Source: Octopus sinensis
Taxonomy: Eukaryota
Direction of reading: 5' to 3'
Length of the DNA stretch: 64,000 nt
Assembly (NCBI RefSeq): GCF_006345805.1
Contig: NC_042997.1
Location: 190,030,001-190,094,000 of the forward strand
Of this stretch, positions 40,901 through 53,599 are shown one piece after another. The position numbers and the translations under genes are program-made. Below the pieces are notes generated by a model. That model saw nothing but the letters and a program-made list of their open reading frames with translations. It searched no databases and was not told the DNA's origin. Position 1 is the first letter of the stretch. Every line of letters begins with the position of its first letter.

Positions 40901-43900
40901 TATATCTTTCAAATGCCTTTTCTTTGGCGCGTTGAGGCCCGAGAAAACTAGCCTGCAGCTAATAATTAGCAGCAATCAATTTATCGGTTAGAGAACATAT
41001 TTATTTATATAAAATTAATTAAGGGTAGAAATTGATATTTATCAATTAAGACCAGTGGTCTAGCATATTAAAAAAGAATCCGAAGATTAAAATATTATAT
41101 ATACCAATTAAGGACTGAACACGAAAAGTGGACAGTCAACATGCTAGATATAGACGTCAAATCGCCATTCACCACAAAAGATTATGTTCTCAGATCAAAC
41201 TCAGCACAAAACCATAGCAATAAACAAGTGAAAAATATACGAAATAAAATAATTACCCATGTACTAATTAGTTTCGACTGTTATTTTCCGCAAGGAAAAC
41301 TGCAGCCATCATCGGCATGGTCCGTTATAAATGCAATTTGCTGGACTAGATGCAAACACGATACCGAAATATCGCGTACATGGAGTTCAGCCTATTACAT
41401 TTGAATATATCTTTCAAATGCCTTTACTTTGGCGCGTTGAGGCCCGAGAAAACTAGCCTGCAGCTAATAATTAGCAGCAATCAATTTATCGGTTAGAGAA
41501 CATATTTATTTATATAAAATTAATTAAGGGTAGAAATTGATATTTATCAATTAAGACCAGTGGTCTAGCATATTAAAAAAGAATCCGAAGATTAAAATAT
41601 TTATATATACCAATTAAGGACTGAACACGAAAAGTGGACAGTCAACATGCTAGATATAGACGTCAAATCGCCATTCACCACAAAAGATTATGTTCTCAGA
41701 TCAAACTCAGCACAAAACCATAGCAATAAACAAGTGAAAAATATACGAAATAAAATAATTACCCATGTACTAATTAGTTTCGACTGTTATTTTCCGCAAG
41801 GAAAACTGCAGCCATCATCAGCATGGTCCGTTATAAATGCAATTTGCTGGACTAGATGCAAACACGATACCGAAATATCGCGTGCATGGAGTTCAGCCTA
41901 TTACATTTGAATATATCTTTCAAATGCCTTTACTTTGGCGCGTTGAGGCCCGGAAAACTAGCCTGCAGCTAATAATTAGCAGCAGTCAATTTATCGGTTA
42001 GAGAACATATTTATTTATATAAAATTGATTAAGGGTAGAAATTGATATTTATCAATTAAGACCAGTGGTCTAGCATATTAAAAAAAGATCCGAAGATTAA
42101 AATATTTATATATACCAATTAAGGACTGAGCACGAAAAGTGGACAGTCAACATGCTAGATATAGACGTCAAATCGCCATTCACCACAAAAGATTATGTTC
42201 TCAGATCAAACTCAGCACAAAACCATAGCAATAAACAAGTGAAAAATATACGAAATAAAATAATTACCCATGTACTAATTAGTTTCGACTGTTATTTTCC
42301 GCAAGGAAAACTGCAGCCATCAGCATGGTCCGTTATAAATGCAATTTGCTGGACTAGATGCAAACACGATACCGAAATATCGCGTGCATGGAGTTCAGCC
42401 TATTACATTTGAATATATCTTTCAAATGCCTTTACTTTGGCGCGTTGAGGTCCGAGAAAACTAGCCTGCAGCTAATAATTAGCAGCAGTCAATTTATCGG
42501 TTAGAGAACATATTTATTATATAAAATTGATTAGGGGTAGAAATTGATATTTATCAATTAAGACCAGTGGTCTAGCATATTAAAAAAGAATCCGAAGATT
42601 AAAATATTTATATATACCAATTAAGGACTGAGCACGAAAAGTGGACAGTCAACATGCTAGATATAGACGTCAAATCGCCATTCACCACAAAAGATTATGT
42701 TCTCAGATCAAACTCAGCACAAAACCATAGCAATAAACAAGTGAAAAATATACGAAATAAAATAATTACCCATGTACTAATTAGTTTCGACTGTTATTTT
42801 CCGCAAGGAAAACTGCAGCCATCATCAGCATGGTCCGTTATAAATGCAATTTGCTGGACTAGATGCAAACACGATACCGAAATATCGCGTGCATGGAGTT
42901 CAGCCTATTACATTTGAATATATTTCAATGCCTTTACTTTGGCGCGTTGAGGCCCGAGAAAACTAGCCTGCAGCTAATAATTAGCAGAGCAGCAGTCAAT
43001 TATCGGTTAGAGAACATATTTATTTATATAAAATTGATTAAGGGTAGAAATTGATATTTATCATTAAGACCAGTGGTCTAGCATATTAAAAAAGAATCCG
43101 AAGATTAAAATATTATATATACAATTAAGGACTGAGCACGAAAAGTGGACAGTCAACATGCTAGATATAGACGTCAAATCGCCATTCACCACAAAAGATT
43201 ATGTTCTCAGATCAAACTCAGCACAAAACCATAGCAATAAACAAGTGAAAAATATACGAAATAAAATAATTACCCATGTACTAATTAGTTTCGACTGTTA
43301 TTTTCCGCAAGGAAAACTGCAGCCATCATCAGCATGGTCCGTTATAAATGCATTTGCTGGACTAGATGCAAACACGATACCGAAATATCGCGTGCATGGA
43401 GTTCAGCCTATTACATTTGAATATATCTTTCAAATGCCTTTCTTTTGGCGCGTTGAGGCCCGAGAAAACTAGCCTGCAGCTAATAATTAGCAGCAATCAA
43501 TTATCGGTTAGAGAACATATTTATTTATATAAAATTAATTAAGGGAATAGAAATGATATTATCAATTAAGACCAGTGGTCTAGCATATTAAAAAAGAATC
43601 CGAAGATTAAAATATTTTATATACCAATTAAGGACTGAACACGAAAAGTGGACAGTCAACATGCTAGATATAGACGTCAAATCGCCATTCACCACAAAAG
43701 ATTATGTTCTCAGATCAAACTCAGCACAAAACCATAGCAATAAACAAGTGAAAAATATACGAAATAAAATAATTCCATGTACTAATTAGTTTCGACTGTT
43801 ATTTTCCGCAAGGAAAACTGCAGCCATCATCGGCATGGTCCGTTATAAATGCAATTTGCTGGACTAGATGCAAACACGATACCGAAATATCGCGTACATG

Positions 43901-46630
43901 GAGTTCAGCCTATTACATTTGAATATATCTTTCAAATGCCTTTACTTTGGCGCGTTGAGGCCCGAGAAAACTAGCCTGCAGCTAATAATTAGCAGCAATC
44001 AATTTATCGGTTAGAGAACATATTTATTTATATAAAATTAATTAAGGGTAGAAATTGATATTTATCAATTAAGACCAGTGGTCTAGCATATTAAAAAAGA
44101 ATCCGAAGATAAAATATTTATATATACCAATTAAGGACTGAACACGAAAAGTGGACAGTCAACATGCTAGATATAGACGTCAAATCGCCATTCACCACAA
44201 AAGATTATGTTCTCAGATCAAACTCAGCACAAAACCATAGCAATAAACAAGTGAAAAATATACGAAAAATAAAATAATTACCCATGTACTAATTAGTTTC
44301 GACTGTTATTTTCCGCAAGGAAAACTGCAGCCATCATCAGCATGGTCCGTTATAAATGCAATTTGCTGGACTAGATGCAAACACGATACCGAAATATCGC
44401 GTGCATGGAGTTCAGCCTATTACATTTGAATATATCTTTCAAATGCCTTACTTTGGCGCGTGAGGCCCGAGAAAACTAGCCTGCAGCTAATAATTAGCAG
44501 CAGTCAATTTATCGGTTAGAGAACATATTTATTTATATAAAATTGATTAGGGGTAGAAATTGATATTATCAATTAAGACCAGTGGTCTAGCATATTAAAA
44601 AAGAATCCGAAGATTAAAATATTTATATATACCAATTAAGGACTGAGCACGAAAAGTGGACAGTCACATGCTAGATATAGACGTCAATCGCCATTCACCA
44701 CAAAAGATTATGTTCTCAGATCAAACTCAGCACAAAACCATAGCAATAAACAAGTGAAAAATATACGAAATAAAATAATTACCCATGTACTAATTAGTTT
44801 CGACTGTTATTTTCCGCAAGGAAAACTGCAGCCATCATCAGCATGGTCCGTTATAATGCAATTTGCTGGACTAGATGCAAACACGATACCGAAATATCGC
44901 GTGCATGGAGTTCAGCCTATTACATTTGAATATATCTTTCAAATGCCTTTACTTTGGCGCGTTGAGGTCCGAGAAAAACTAGCTGCAGCTAATAATTAGC
45001 AGCAGTCAATTATCGGTTAGAGAAATATTTATTTATATAAAATTGATTAAGGGTAGAAATTGATATTTATCAATTAAGACCAGTGGTCTAGCATATTAAA
45101 AAAGAATCCGAAGATTAAAATATTATATATACCAATTAAGGACTGAGCACGAAAAGTGGACAGTCAACATGCTAGATATAGACGTCAAATCGCCATTCAC
45201 CACAAAAGATTATGTTCTCAGATCATCAAACTCAGCACAAAACCATAGCAATAAACAAGTGAAAAATATACGAAATAAAATAATTACCCATGTACTAATT
45301 AGTTTCGACTGTTATTTTCCGCAAGGAAGGAAAAACTGCAGCCATCATCAGCATGGTCCGTTATAAATGCAATTTGCTGGACTAGATGCAAACACGATAC
45401 CGAAATATCGCGTGCATGGAGTTCAGCCTATTACATTTGAATATATCTTTCAAATGCCTTTACTTTGGCGCGTTGAGGCCCGAGAGAAAACTAGCCTGCA
45501 GCTAATAATTAGCAGCAGTCAATTTATCGGTTAGAGAACATATTTATTTATATAAAATAATTAAGGGTAGAAATTGATATTTATCAATTAAGGACAGTGG
45601 TCTAGCATATTAAAAAAGAATCCGAAGATTAAAATATTTATTATATACCAATTAAGGACTGAGCACGAAAAGTGGACAGTCAACATGCTAGATATAGACG
45701 TCAAATCGCCATTCACCACAAAAGATTATGTTCTCAGATCAAACTCAGCACAAAACCATAGCAATAAACAAGTGAAAAATATACGAATAAACTAATTACC
45801 CATGTACTAATTAGTTTCGACTGTTATTTTCCGCAAGGAAAACTGCAGCCATCATCAGCATGGTCCGTTATAAATGCAATTTGCTGGACTAGATGCAAAC
45901 ACGATACCGAAATATCGCGTGCATGGGTTCAGCCTATTACATTTGAATATATCTTTCAAATGCCTTACTTTGGCGCGTTGAGGCCCGAGAAAACTAGCCT
46001 GCAGCTAATAATTAGCAGCAGTCATTTTATCGGTTAGAGAACATATTTATTTATATAAAATTAATTAAGGGTAGAAATTGATATTTATCAATTAAGACCA
46101 GTGGTCTAGCATATTAAAAAAGAATCCGAAGATTAAAATATTTATATATACCAATTAAGGACTGAACACGAAAAGTGGACAGTCAACATGCTAGATATAG
46201 ACGTCAAATCGCCATTCACCACAAAAGATTATGTTCTCAGATCAAACTCAGCACAAAACCATAGCAATAAACAAGTGAAAAATATACGAATAAAATAATT
46301 ACCCATGTACTAATTAGTTTCGACTGTTATTTTCCGCAAGGAAAACTGCAGCCATCATCAGCATGGTCCGTTATAAATGCAATTTGCTGGACTAGATGCA
46401 AACACGATACCGAAATATCGCGTGCATGGAGTTCAGCCTATTACATTTGAATATATCTTTCAAATGCCTTTACTTTGGCGCGTTGAGGCCCGAGAAAACT
46501 AGCCTGCAGCTAATAATTAGCAGCAGTCAATTTATCGGTTAGAGAACATATTTATTTATATAAAATTGATTAAGGGTAGAAATTGATATTTATCAATTAA
46601 GACCAGTGGTCTAGCATATTAAAAAAGAAT
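37975..46630 (-). repeat. Tandem array, 17 full units of ~505-506 bp plus a partial unit; each unit carries a hammerhead ribozyme motif (retrozyme/PLE pLTR-like)
   Basis: Unit begins aaattaattaagggtagaaattgatattt. HHR stem I (ccatg) positions: 38227, 38730, 39235, 39741, 40246, 40752, 41257, 41763, 42268, 42770, 43274, 43775, 44282, 44783, 45288, 45800, 46303. The array begins in a (TA)n tract and ends in a TA/TG tract. Confidence 0.97.
39235..39298 (-). ncRNA. Type I minimal hammerhead ribozyme (representative array copy 3)
   Basis: Minus strand: CCAUG-CUGAUGA-U-GGCUG-CA-GUUUUCC-UUGC-GGAAAAU-AA-CAGUC-GAAA-CUAAUUAG-UA-CAUGG. Complete core, stems I and II pair, palindromic helix III, GUA cleavage triplet. 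Confidence 0.9.
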
Positions 46631-46647
46631 ATATATGTGTGTGTGTG

Positions 46648-46689
<42 letters not shown>

Positions 46690-47089
46690 CACATCATGTG
46701 ACCGACCAGGCTATCAGATGTTGCTACACATCGCTGGTCATTGTTTTAACCTTCAAATGACGCCACCCCGCTGGCTAAGCGAGCAGACTAATAGAAGAAA
46801 GAGTGAGAGAAAGTTGCGGCGAAAGAGTACAGCAGGGATCGCTACTCCACCCCCCTTACTGGAGCCTCGTGGAGCTTTTTGTGTTTTCGCTCAATAAACA
46901 CTCACAACGCCCGGTCTGGGAATCGAAACCGCGATGTTACGACTTTGAGTCCGCTACCCTAACGACTGGGCCATTACGGCTCCACATATGTATATATATA
47001 TTTATAAATGTAAGGATAAGCGAGTCAGGTAGGTCGGTATACAAACAATATTAAGTATGTTACATACAATAAAGTATATATGTTTACAT

Positions 47090-48320
47090 AACAAAATGTC
47101 CGACTTACACAGAATAGAAATGATATCAAAGATCAAAGGATTGAAGAAGTGTATTACAAATCCAACGGCTGTTTCTGGGGGCTCATTGGTCCAAAATAGT
47201 GATTGTAAATTGATTCCATCATCGGATGATAGGAGCCTCCACTTTCAGTGAAGAAATCCTACATTCAGGGTGTTAGAAAGTAGATTAAAAATGCAATGAT
47301 TTTATGGAGAGTTAAGTGTATTAGAGGGGGAATTGGGGAGGTAATCAGAAAAAGAATAGTGAGGGGAGAAAATAATTTGAAGGGTTAGGGGGTTAACAAA
47401 GAGGTTAGTGGGGTGTTATCGTAGAAGAGGGAAGGATTGTTTAGGTAGTTTGTGAATGGTGACCTTTTTGTTAGAGCGTATGAAGGCTATAGAATTAATG
47501 GTTGAGATGGATAGAAGCACTCCGTCAGTTACGACGACGAGGGTTCCGGTTGATTCGAATCAACGGAACAGCCTGCTCGTGAAATTAACGTGTAAGTGGC
47601 TGAGCACTCCACAGACACGTGTACCCTTAACGTAGTTCTCGAGGATATTCAGCGTGACACAGGGAGTGACAAGGCCGGCCCTTTGAAATACAGGTACAAC
47701 AGAAACAGGAAGTAAGAGTGAGAGAAAGTTGTGGTGAAAGAGTACAGCAGGGATCACCACCATCCCCTGCCGGAGCCTCCCTGGAGCTTTAGGTGTTTTC
47801 GCTCAATAAACACTCACAACGCCCGGTCTGGGAATCGAAACCGCGATCCTATGACTGCGAGTCCGCTGCCCTAACCACTGGGTTGAGATAGCGACAAAGG
47901 GAATGACCATTATTTGAGGGTAATAAGTTGACTGGTTCAGTGGTTGAGGGAGATTACTAAGGTATGTAGCGAAGTATGAGAGAAGGTGGGGATAAATTTG
48001 GGAGGCGGCGTGTTGGTGGTCAGTATAGCAGTTATTGGTGGTGCAAAGGAATTGGCTTGGTATTGGAAGGGGAGCGCTATAGCATGCAGGGGTGTATGAA
48101 AGGGAATGCAGGGATTCCATCATTAATCTACTTTCTGCCAACACCTCAGATGTCAAGTTTCTTTCCTGAAGACACAGGCCCGTATCATCCGACGATGGAA
48201 TCAATTTACAATCATCATTTTGAACCACCGAGCCCCCAGAAACAGTTACTGGATTTGAAATACTCTTCTTCAACCCTGTAATTCTTTATATCATTTCTAT
48301 TCTGTGTATGTCGGACCTTT
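47090..48320. mobile_element. Old inverted pair of a PLE-like repeat (~47090-47510 and ~47890-48320) split by a SINE, with relic hammerheads
   Basis: cgacttacacagaatagaaatgatatc at ~47100 matches the reverse complement near 48290-48315; relic HHRs at 47161-47251 (-) and 48163-48253 (+). Confidence 0.65.
47513..47885 (-). mobile_element. tRNA-derived SINE family A (3' part also at 7271-7535; related copies at 17238-17575, 37293-37590, 46780-46985, 52105-52203)
   Basis: cagtggttagggcagcggactcgc...gtttcgattcccagaccgggcg head with A/B boxes; ccggaaccctcgtcgtcgtaac tail. Confidence 0.85.
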
Positions 48321-48499
48321 TTTGTATGTGAACATATATATATATATATATTGTATATAATGTATTTAATATTCTTCGTATATCGGCCTGCTTGGCCTTA
48401 CATTAACTCGTATACACACACACGCACCCACACACACATACACACACACACACACTTATACTGACAAGGACTGTATGCGCTCGAAATCACTGATCGAGA

Positions 48500-48562
<63 letters not shown>

Positions 48563-48774
48563 TAGATATGTTTCGACCAAAGATTGGTCCAGGCCATGTC
48601 TAACTTAATAGCACCACCTGATATGATTATCTAAATCCTGTTTAAGTCAAGTTTTGTTTGTGGTCCATTCAAGTAGTGAGTTTTTGTTGGGTGAGTTGTA
48701 TCCAATTATGGGTGGCTTATCTGGTATTCCTTGAAGGAATCTATCCAGAATCCGTTTAAAGTTGATGGGATCCT

Positions 48775-48914
<140 letters not shown>

Positions 48915-49502
48915 TATATATACTGTGCATATATACTTCTGTTCTTTTTGGAAGATATTCTTTCGTGATGGGTGACATTCTTGTTCAGCGTCATCATTTC
49001 TTCTATTGAATAGAAGGTCGTATTATCAGAAAGATATCATAGAAGAAAATAGCATTCTCAGACGCACCGAACGGTTGCTTTCTATTTGATACGTTACTGT
49101 CGTGTTTATAAAAAAAAATTTATCAACTAAAACACAAAGACTATTCATGTCAACAGTTGAATTCCAACACACTTGTGACGCTTAAATTCCTGGTTTCCAC
49201 GAGGGAGCGCCTTCGATGTGAAAACATATTTGCGCTTGAATGAAAATTGCTCCACGAAAATTTCCCACATGATAGTCATTATAATTAAGTTTTCCCGACA
49301 AGTTTCAATGTCAAGTAAATTCGAGTTGAAATCAATCTGTTATTTCACCTTAAATTGCATCATTGAACTACTAAATAAAACGCAGCATCAAAGGAATAAT
49401 TACTTTGTTTTTGTAGATAAATAAATAAATGAATAAATGAATACACAATAAAATTCAAAGGAAGACTGAATATTTGGAAAAATTCGCCAGAACAAAACGA
49501 AA

Positions 49503-49540
<38 letters not shown>

Positions 49541-49611
49541 TTTCGCACTATATATTTGGCGTTAATTTGCTTCAGCTTAATTTATTTTTACATTAATCTT
49601 AATCTTATTTT

Positions 49612-49656
49612 GGTCAGAGTTCTTTCGTCACACTTCTGTGACCTCATCAGTGGTCC
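49612..49656 (-). ncRNA. Hammerhead motif with partly decayed stem I
   Basis: GGACCA-CUGAUGA-G-GUCAC-AGAAGU-GUGAC-GAAA-GAAC-UC-UGACC; in a short unit between (TA)n tracts. Confidence 0.55.
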
Positions 49657-49719
49657 TTTGCTTTCTTCTTTCTCATTTGTGTGTCTCTCCTTACTAACGA
49701 TCAGCCATTTTGTCCATAT

Positions 49720-49768
<49 letters not shown>

Positions 49769-50099
49769 GTATGTATGGACACAGATACACATGCATATAT
49801 GTATATGGGCGTATGTGTTTGTGTGTGCATGTGTACGTGTGCATGTGTATGTATGTGTGCTTGTATGTATATATTTATTTACTGATTCATTCAATCTATA
49901 GATTTCTGGCATACATCTTCCCACGAACATATATGCTCATTTACGTACACGTCCATTTACACACATATATATACGTACTTAATCAACCCTACATGCATAT
50001 ATCTAGGTTTAGGTGTACGGACGGAGGAGTAATTAATTATATATTTGGTTGTGTTAATTTTTTTTGTTTGTTTTTGTTCATTCTACGCTGGACACTCAC

Positions 50100-50196
50100 T
50101 CATGCAGTCATTACTCCAAATTCTCCACTTTATAATGTTCGAATGATCGCATAAGACTGGGAGTTTCGGAGATGCAAACGAGTGAACACAAGCCAC
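50100..50196 (-). CDS. Candidate internal exon (97 nt)
   Basis: Acceptor tatttattctaag, donor TGA|gtgagt, frame VACVHSFASPKLPVLCDHSNIIKWRIWSNDCM; phase-compatible with neighbouring candidates. Confidence 0.35.
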
Positions 50197-50449
50197 CTTA
50201 GAATAAATATAGACACAAATGCATACAGTTATGCACACGCATATGTACATATCACAAGTGCACACGCATACACATACACCCCTCCATAGACATAGAGATA
50301 ATCATATATATGTATGTATATATATGTACAAATATGTGTGTGTATACATATGTATATATATACGTATGCACACACGCATATGTTATATATATATGTATAT
50401 ACATATATAACATATATATATATACATATATATATATATTAACATATAT

Positions 50450-50482
<33 letters not shown>

Positions 50483-50705
50483 GTACGTTATACATTAGTG
50501 TATTAAATTCCCGTCTGGCATAATAAATTCGAATAATCTATCTTTTGGGTGATTAGCATGTTTCCATTATTGTATACATTTAGAATCACCATAATGTTGA
50601 TCGATAGTGAGTGAATATGATGACGACTGCAACGATATTTGTTGTAGTCGTTATTGTTGTAGTTGTTTTTGTTGTTGTTGTTACTGTTGTTATTTGTGTT
50701 GCTTT

Positions 50706-50745
50706 AGATGATGATGGTGATCATGATGATGATGATGATGATGAC

Positions 50746-50789
<44 letters not shown>

Positions 50790-51010
50790 CGATGATGTCG
50801 ACGGTGGTGATGATGGTGATGATGGTGATGATGGCAACGATGACGACGACAAAAGTAACCATGATGATAATAATGATGATGATGATGATGATGATGATGA
50901 CGACGACAGTGATGATGATGATGATGACGGTGGTGATGATGGCAACGACGACGACGGCGACGTCAAAAGTAACCATGATGATAGTAATGATGATGATGAT
51001 GATGTTGATG

Positions 51011-51047
<37 letters not shown>

Positions 51048-51150
51048 CAACGACGACGACGGTTGTGATGATGGTGATGACGACAAAAGTAACCATGATG
51101 ATAGTAATGATGATGACGATGTTGATGAGGATGCTCACGATGATGATGAT
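50706..51150. repeat. (GAT/GAC)n repeat with three aaaagtaaccatgatgat-anchored subunits
   Basis: Direct inspection. Confidence 0.95.
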
Positions 51151-51954
51151 GGGCAAATGATGACGATTAACTGCGGAACATTATGTAAAGTACGGAACTT
51201 AAAGCCATAAGTAAATTAGATAACATATTTATTAGTTGAAAACTGTTTAAAGCTGCAGATGATATAAAGTAATAGCTTTGCAATAAAGGGGATATATTTC
51301 CCCCAAGTTACTTAATTAGAGAGGGATTAATGAGCCACATAACGAGTTTAATAGTATTGTAATTGAGAATTTTACAAAGTGCATTACAAAATTACATTAA
51401 ACCTCCTGTATAGATCTATCACACAAAGCAGCACTTTGGACAGTGTCTCCAAGTGAAACCATAAATTATGAAAGTTTTTGCATTCTAATGAATTTACGGT
51501 CTTTCGAAAAAAGTCTCGATAATTTCCATTCGATTATGAATCACGGTGAAAATATCTAAGTTCTACATGCCGCGCTTCCATGATTCCATTTGTCGTTTAT
51601 CATGATATAAAGTAGAAATATATCTAATGGTTAGCAGAAACCCAGAAAAAACAAACCATGGTCGTTATTACTTAATAACACAGTTTCCACCATGCCAAAA
51701 TATGACACCGCTGTCGTGCCATTCAGCTTGGAGATTTGAAAATATTTGGCTACTAATAGTGTTTCTAATAGGCACAAGGCCTGGAGATTTGAGGAGCGGG
51801 GTTAGTCGATTACATATACGCTAGTTCTCAATAGGCAATTATTTGATCGGTAAAAAGTCAAAGCTGACCTCAGTGATGAAATTTGAACTTGGAACTTAAA
51901 ACCGGAACAAATCCAGCTAAGCGTTTTTCTTCGGCGTGCATGCTCGCCATTTTA

Positions 51955-52097
51955 TTAGGTTGTCCGGAAAGTTCGTGCCGATTTTTAAAGGAAAGAAAAA
52001 GGTCAATAAATACTTGCCATTACATTTTTAATCAACTAAATATAAACCATTTTTTGCACAATGCGTTTCCATCTTTCCTTTAACTTGAAAAGACCCT
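51955..52097 (-). mobile_element. Mariner terminal fragment, same family as 25508
   Basis: One TIR and ~110 bp of adjacent homologous sequence. Confidence 0.85.
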
Positions 52098-52829
52098 CTT
52101 CCCTCTTCAATAAACACACACAACGCCCGGTCTGGGAATCGAAACCGCAATCCTCCGACCGCGAGTCTGCTTCCATAACCATTGGGCCATTGCGCCTCCG
52201 CACTCGATAATTACTGTTTATATTATATTGCATAATTGACGCGTGTGCTACACAGTGTGTGACCACCTCTCTTCCGCTTGAAGGCTTACAAATTGGATAT
52301 AATAGTTCCCCCCTAAGAATATGGATGGATTTGAGAAGAAAGTAATAATTAAATATTAAGATTATAACACTGCTTATTGCAATCTAAAACGTTCTAAAGT
52401 TAAATCCAACTGGTTTTCAACGCTTCACATATATATTGTAGTGTAGAACCCATTTACCAAAAAGAAGACTTTAGTATCAGTGCTGCTACCGGAGCTCAAT
52501 CCAGCAAGTTGATTCGAATTCAGCTCTGTGCTTTTACTTAATCCTCGTCAATTTCACTGGACTTTGCTACACACTTATTGCTAGAGGGACTTAACAGCTG
52601 AGAATGAATTAATATCGCTCTGACAGATTGACAGCTTTCGCCCAAAGCAATATAAGGATACGGATATTTCTAATTTAAAATACACAAATATAAAGACTAC
52701 ATAACATACATAGGATATAAAACTGCTGGACAAAGCAATGTCTTGTGTACATTCTATGTGTAATGTGGTGGTGGTTTCATATCATTCATGTCTAATACGC
52801 TGTTAAGAAACAGCAGCAGTAATATATTG

Positions 52830-53135
52830 TTTGTTCCTTCTCGAGCCATGCCTGGCTCATAAGGGCCAGTTTCCCGGTTTTCTTGGCGTATAGGTTCCCC
52901 ACCTGGACGGGACGTCGGTCCGTCGCAGGTGAGCTGCAAGATGCAGGAGGAACGAGTGAGAGAAAGTTGTGGCGAAAGAGTCAGCAGAAGAGTTCGCCAT
53001 TACCTTCTGCCGGAGCCGCCTGGAGCTTAGGTGTTTCGCTCATAAACACACACATCACCCGGTCTGAGATTCGAACCCCCGATCCCGCGACTGCAAGTCA
53101 GCTGTTCTAACCACTAGGCCATGTACTTCCACAGC
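52830..53135 (-). mobile_element. tRNA-derived SINE, family A variant (also 14207-14403)
   Basis: atggcctagtggttagaacag head; aagctcca.gcggctccggcagaaggtaatggcgaa body. Confidence 0.82.
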
Positions 53136-53372
53136 AGTAATATATACATTTATCAAATTTTATTGACATTAATACCACACTCTTAATAAATGATTGCATC
53201 TCGAGGAAAAGTTATTTAATTTTATTACATTATGATATCAAAACAAATCACTTTACATCCATGGATAATCGCTCGTGAATTACACTAAGTCATAATAGGT
53301 TATGCCTCTTACCTCAAATCTCAGGCATAAAAAATATATATAACAGCATATAACAAAAGTATCATCAAGCTC

Positions 53373-53509
<137 letters not shown>

Positions 53510-53555
53510 AAAAACAAGTCAAGATAGAAAATGCTAAAATAATTTTTAAAGAACA

Positions 53556-53599
53556 TTTCAGTACCGGTTTCAGTCATTTTGAGACTTTTTCAACTGTAA
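53556..53599 (-). ncRNA. Minimal hammerhead with U3-A8 compensated core
   Basis: UUACAG-UUGAAAA-AGUC-UCAAAAU-GACU-GAAA-CCGG-UA-CUGAAA. Confidence 0.75.

Noticed and set aside
38111-45366. Repeated 63-104 aa ORF MLDIDVKSPF... in the array
   Set aside because: No recognisable domain, frameshifted differently among copies, and antisense to the ribozyme motif; treated as a by-product of the repeat.
37975-46630. Array as CRISPR, 5S rRNA, histone or snRNA cluster
   Set aside because: No unique spacers and no recognisable 5S, tRNA, snRNA or histone sequence on either strand.
48445-48610. Partial HHR-like strings (CTGACAA...GAAATCACTGATC and GACC/GGTC-GAAACATATC)
   Set aside because: Uncompensated G8A or missing core, and no stem I.
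50611-51210. 199-aa Asp-rich ORF
   Set aside because: Translation of a (GAT)n microsatellite; several frames are open.
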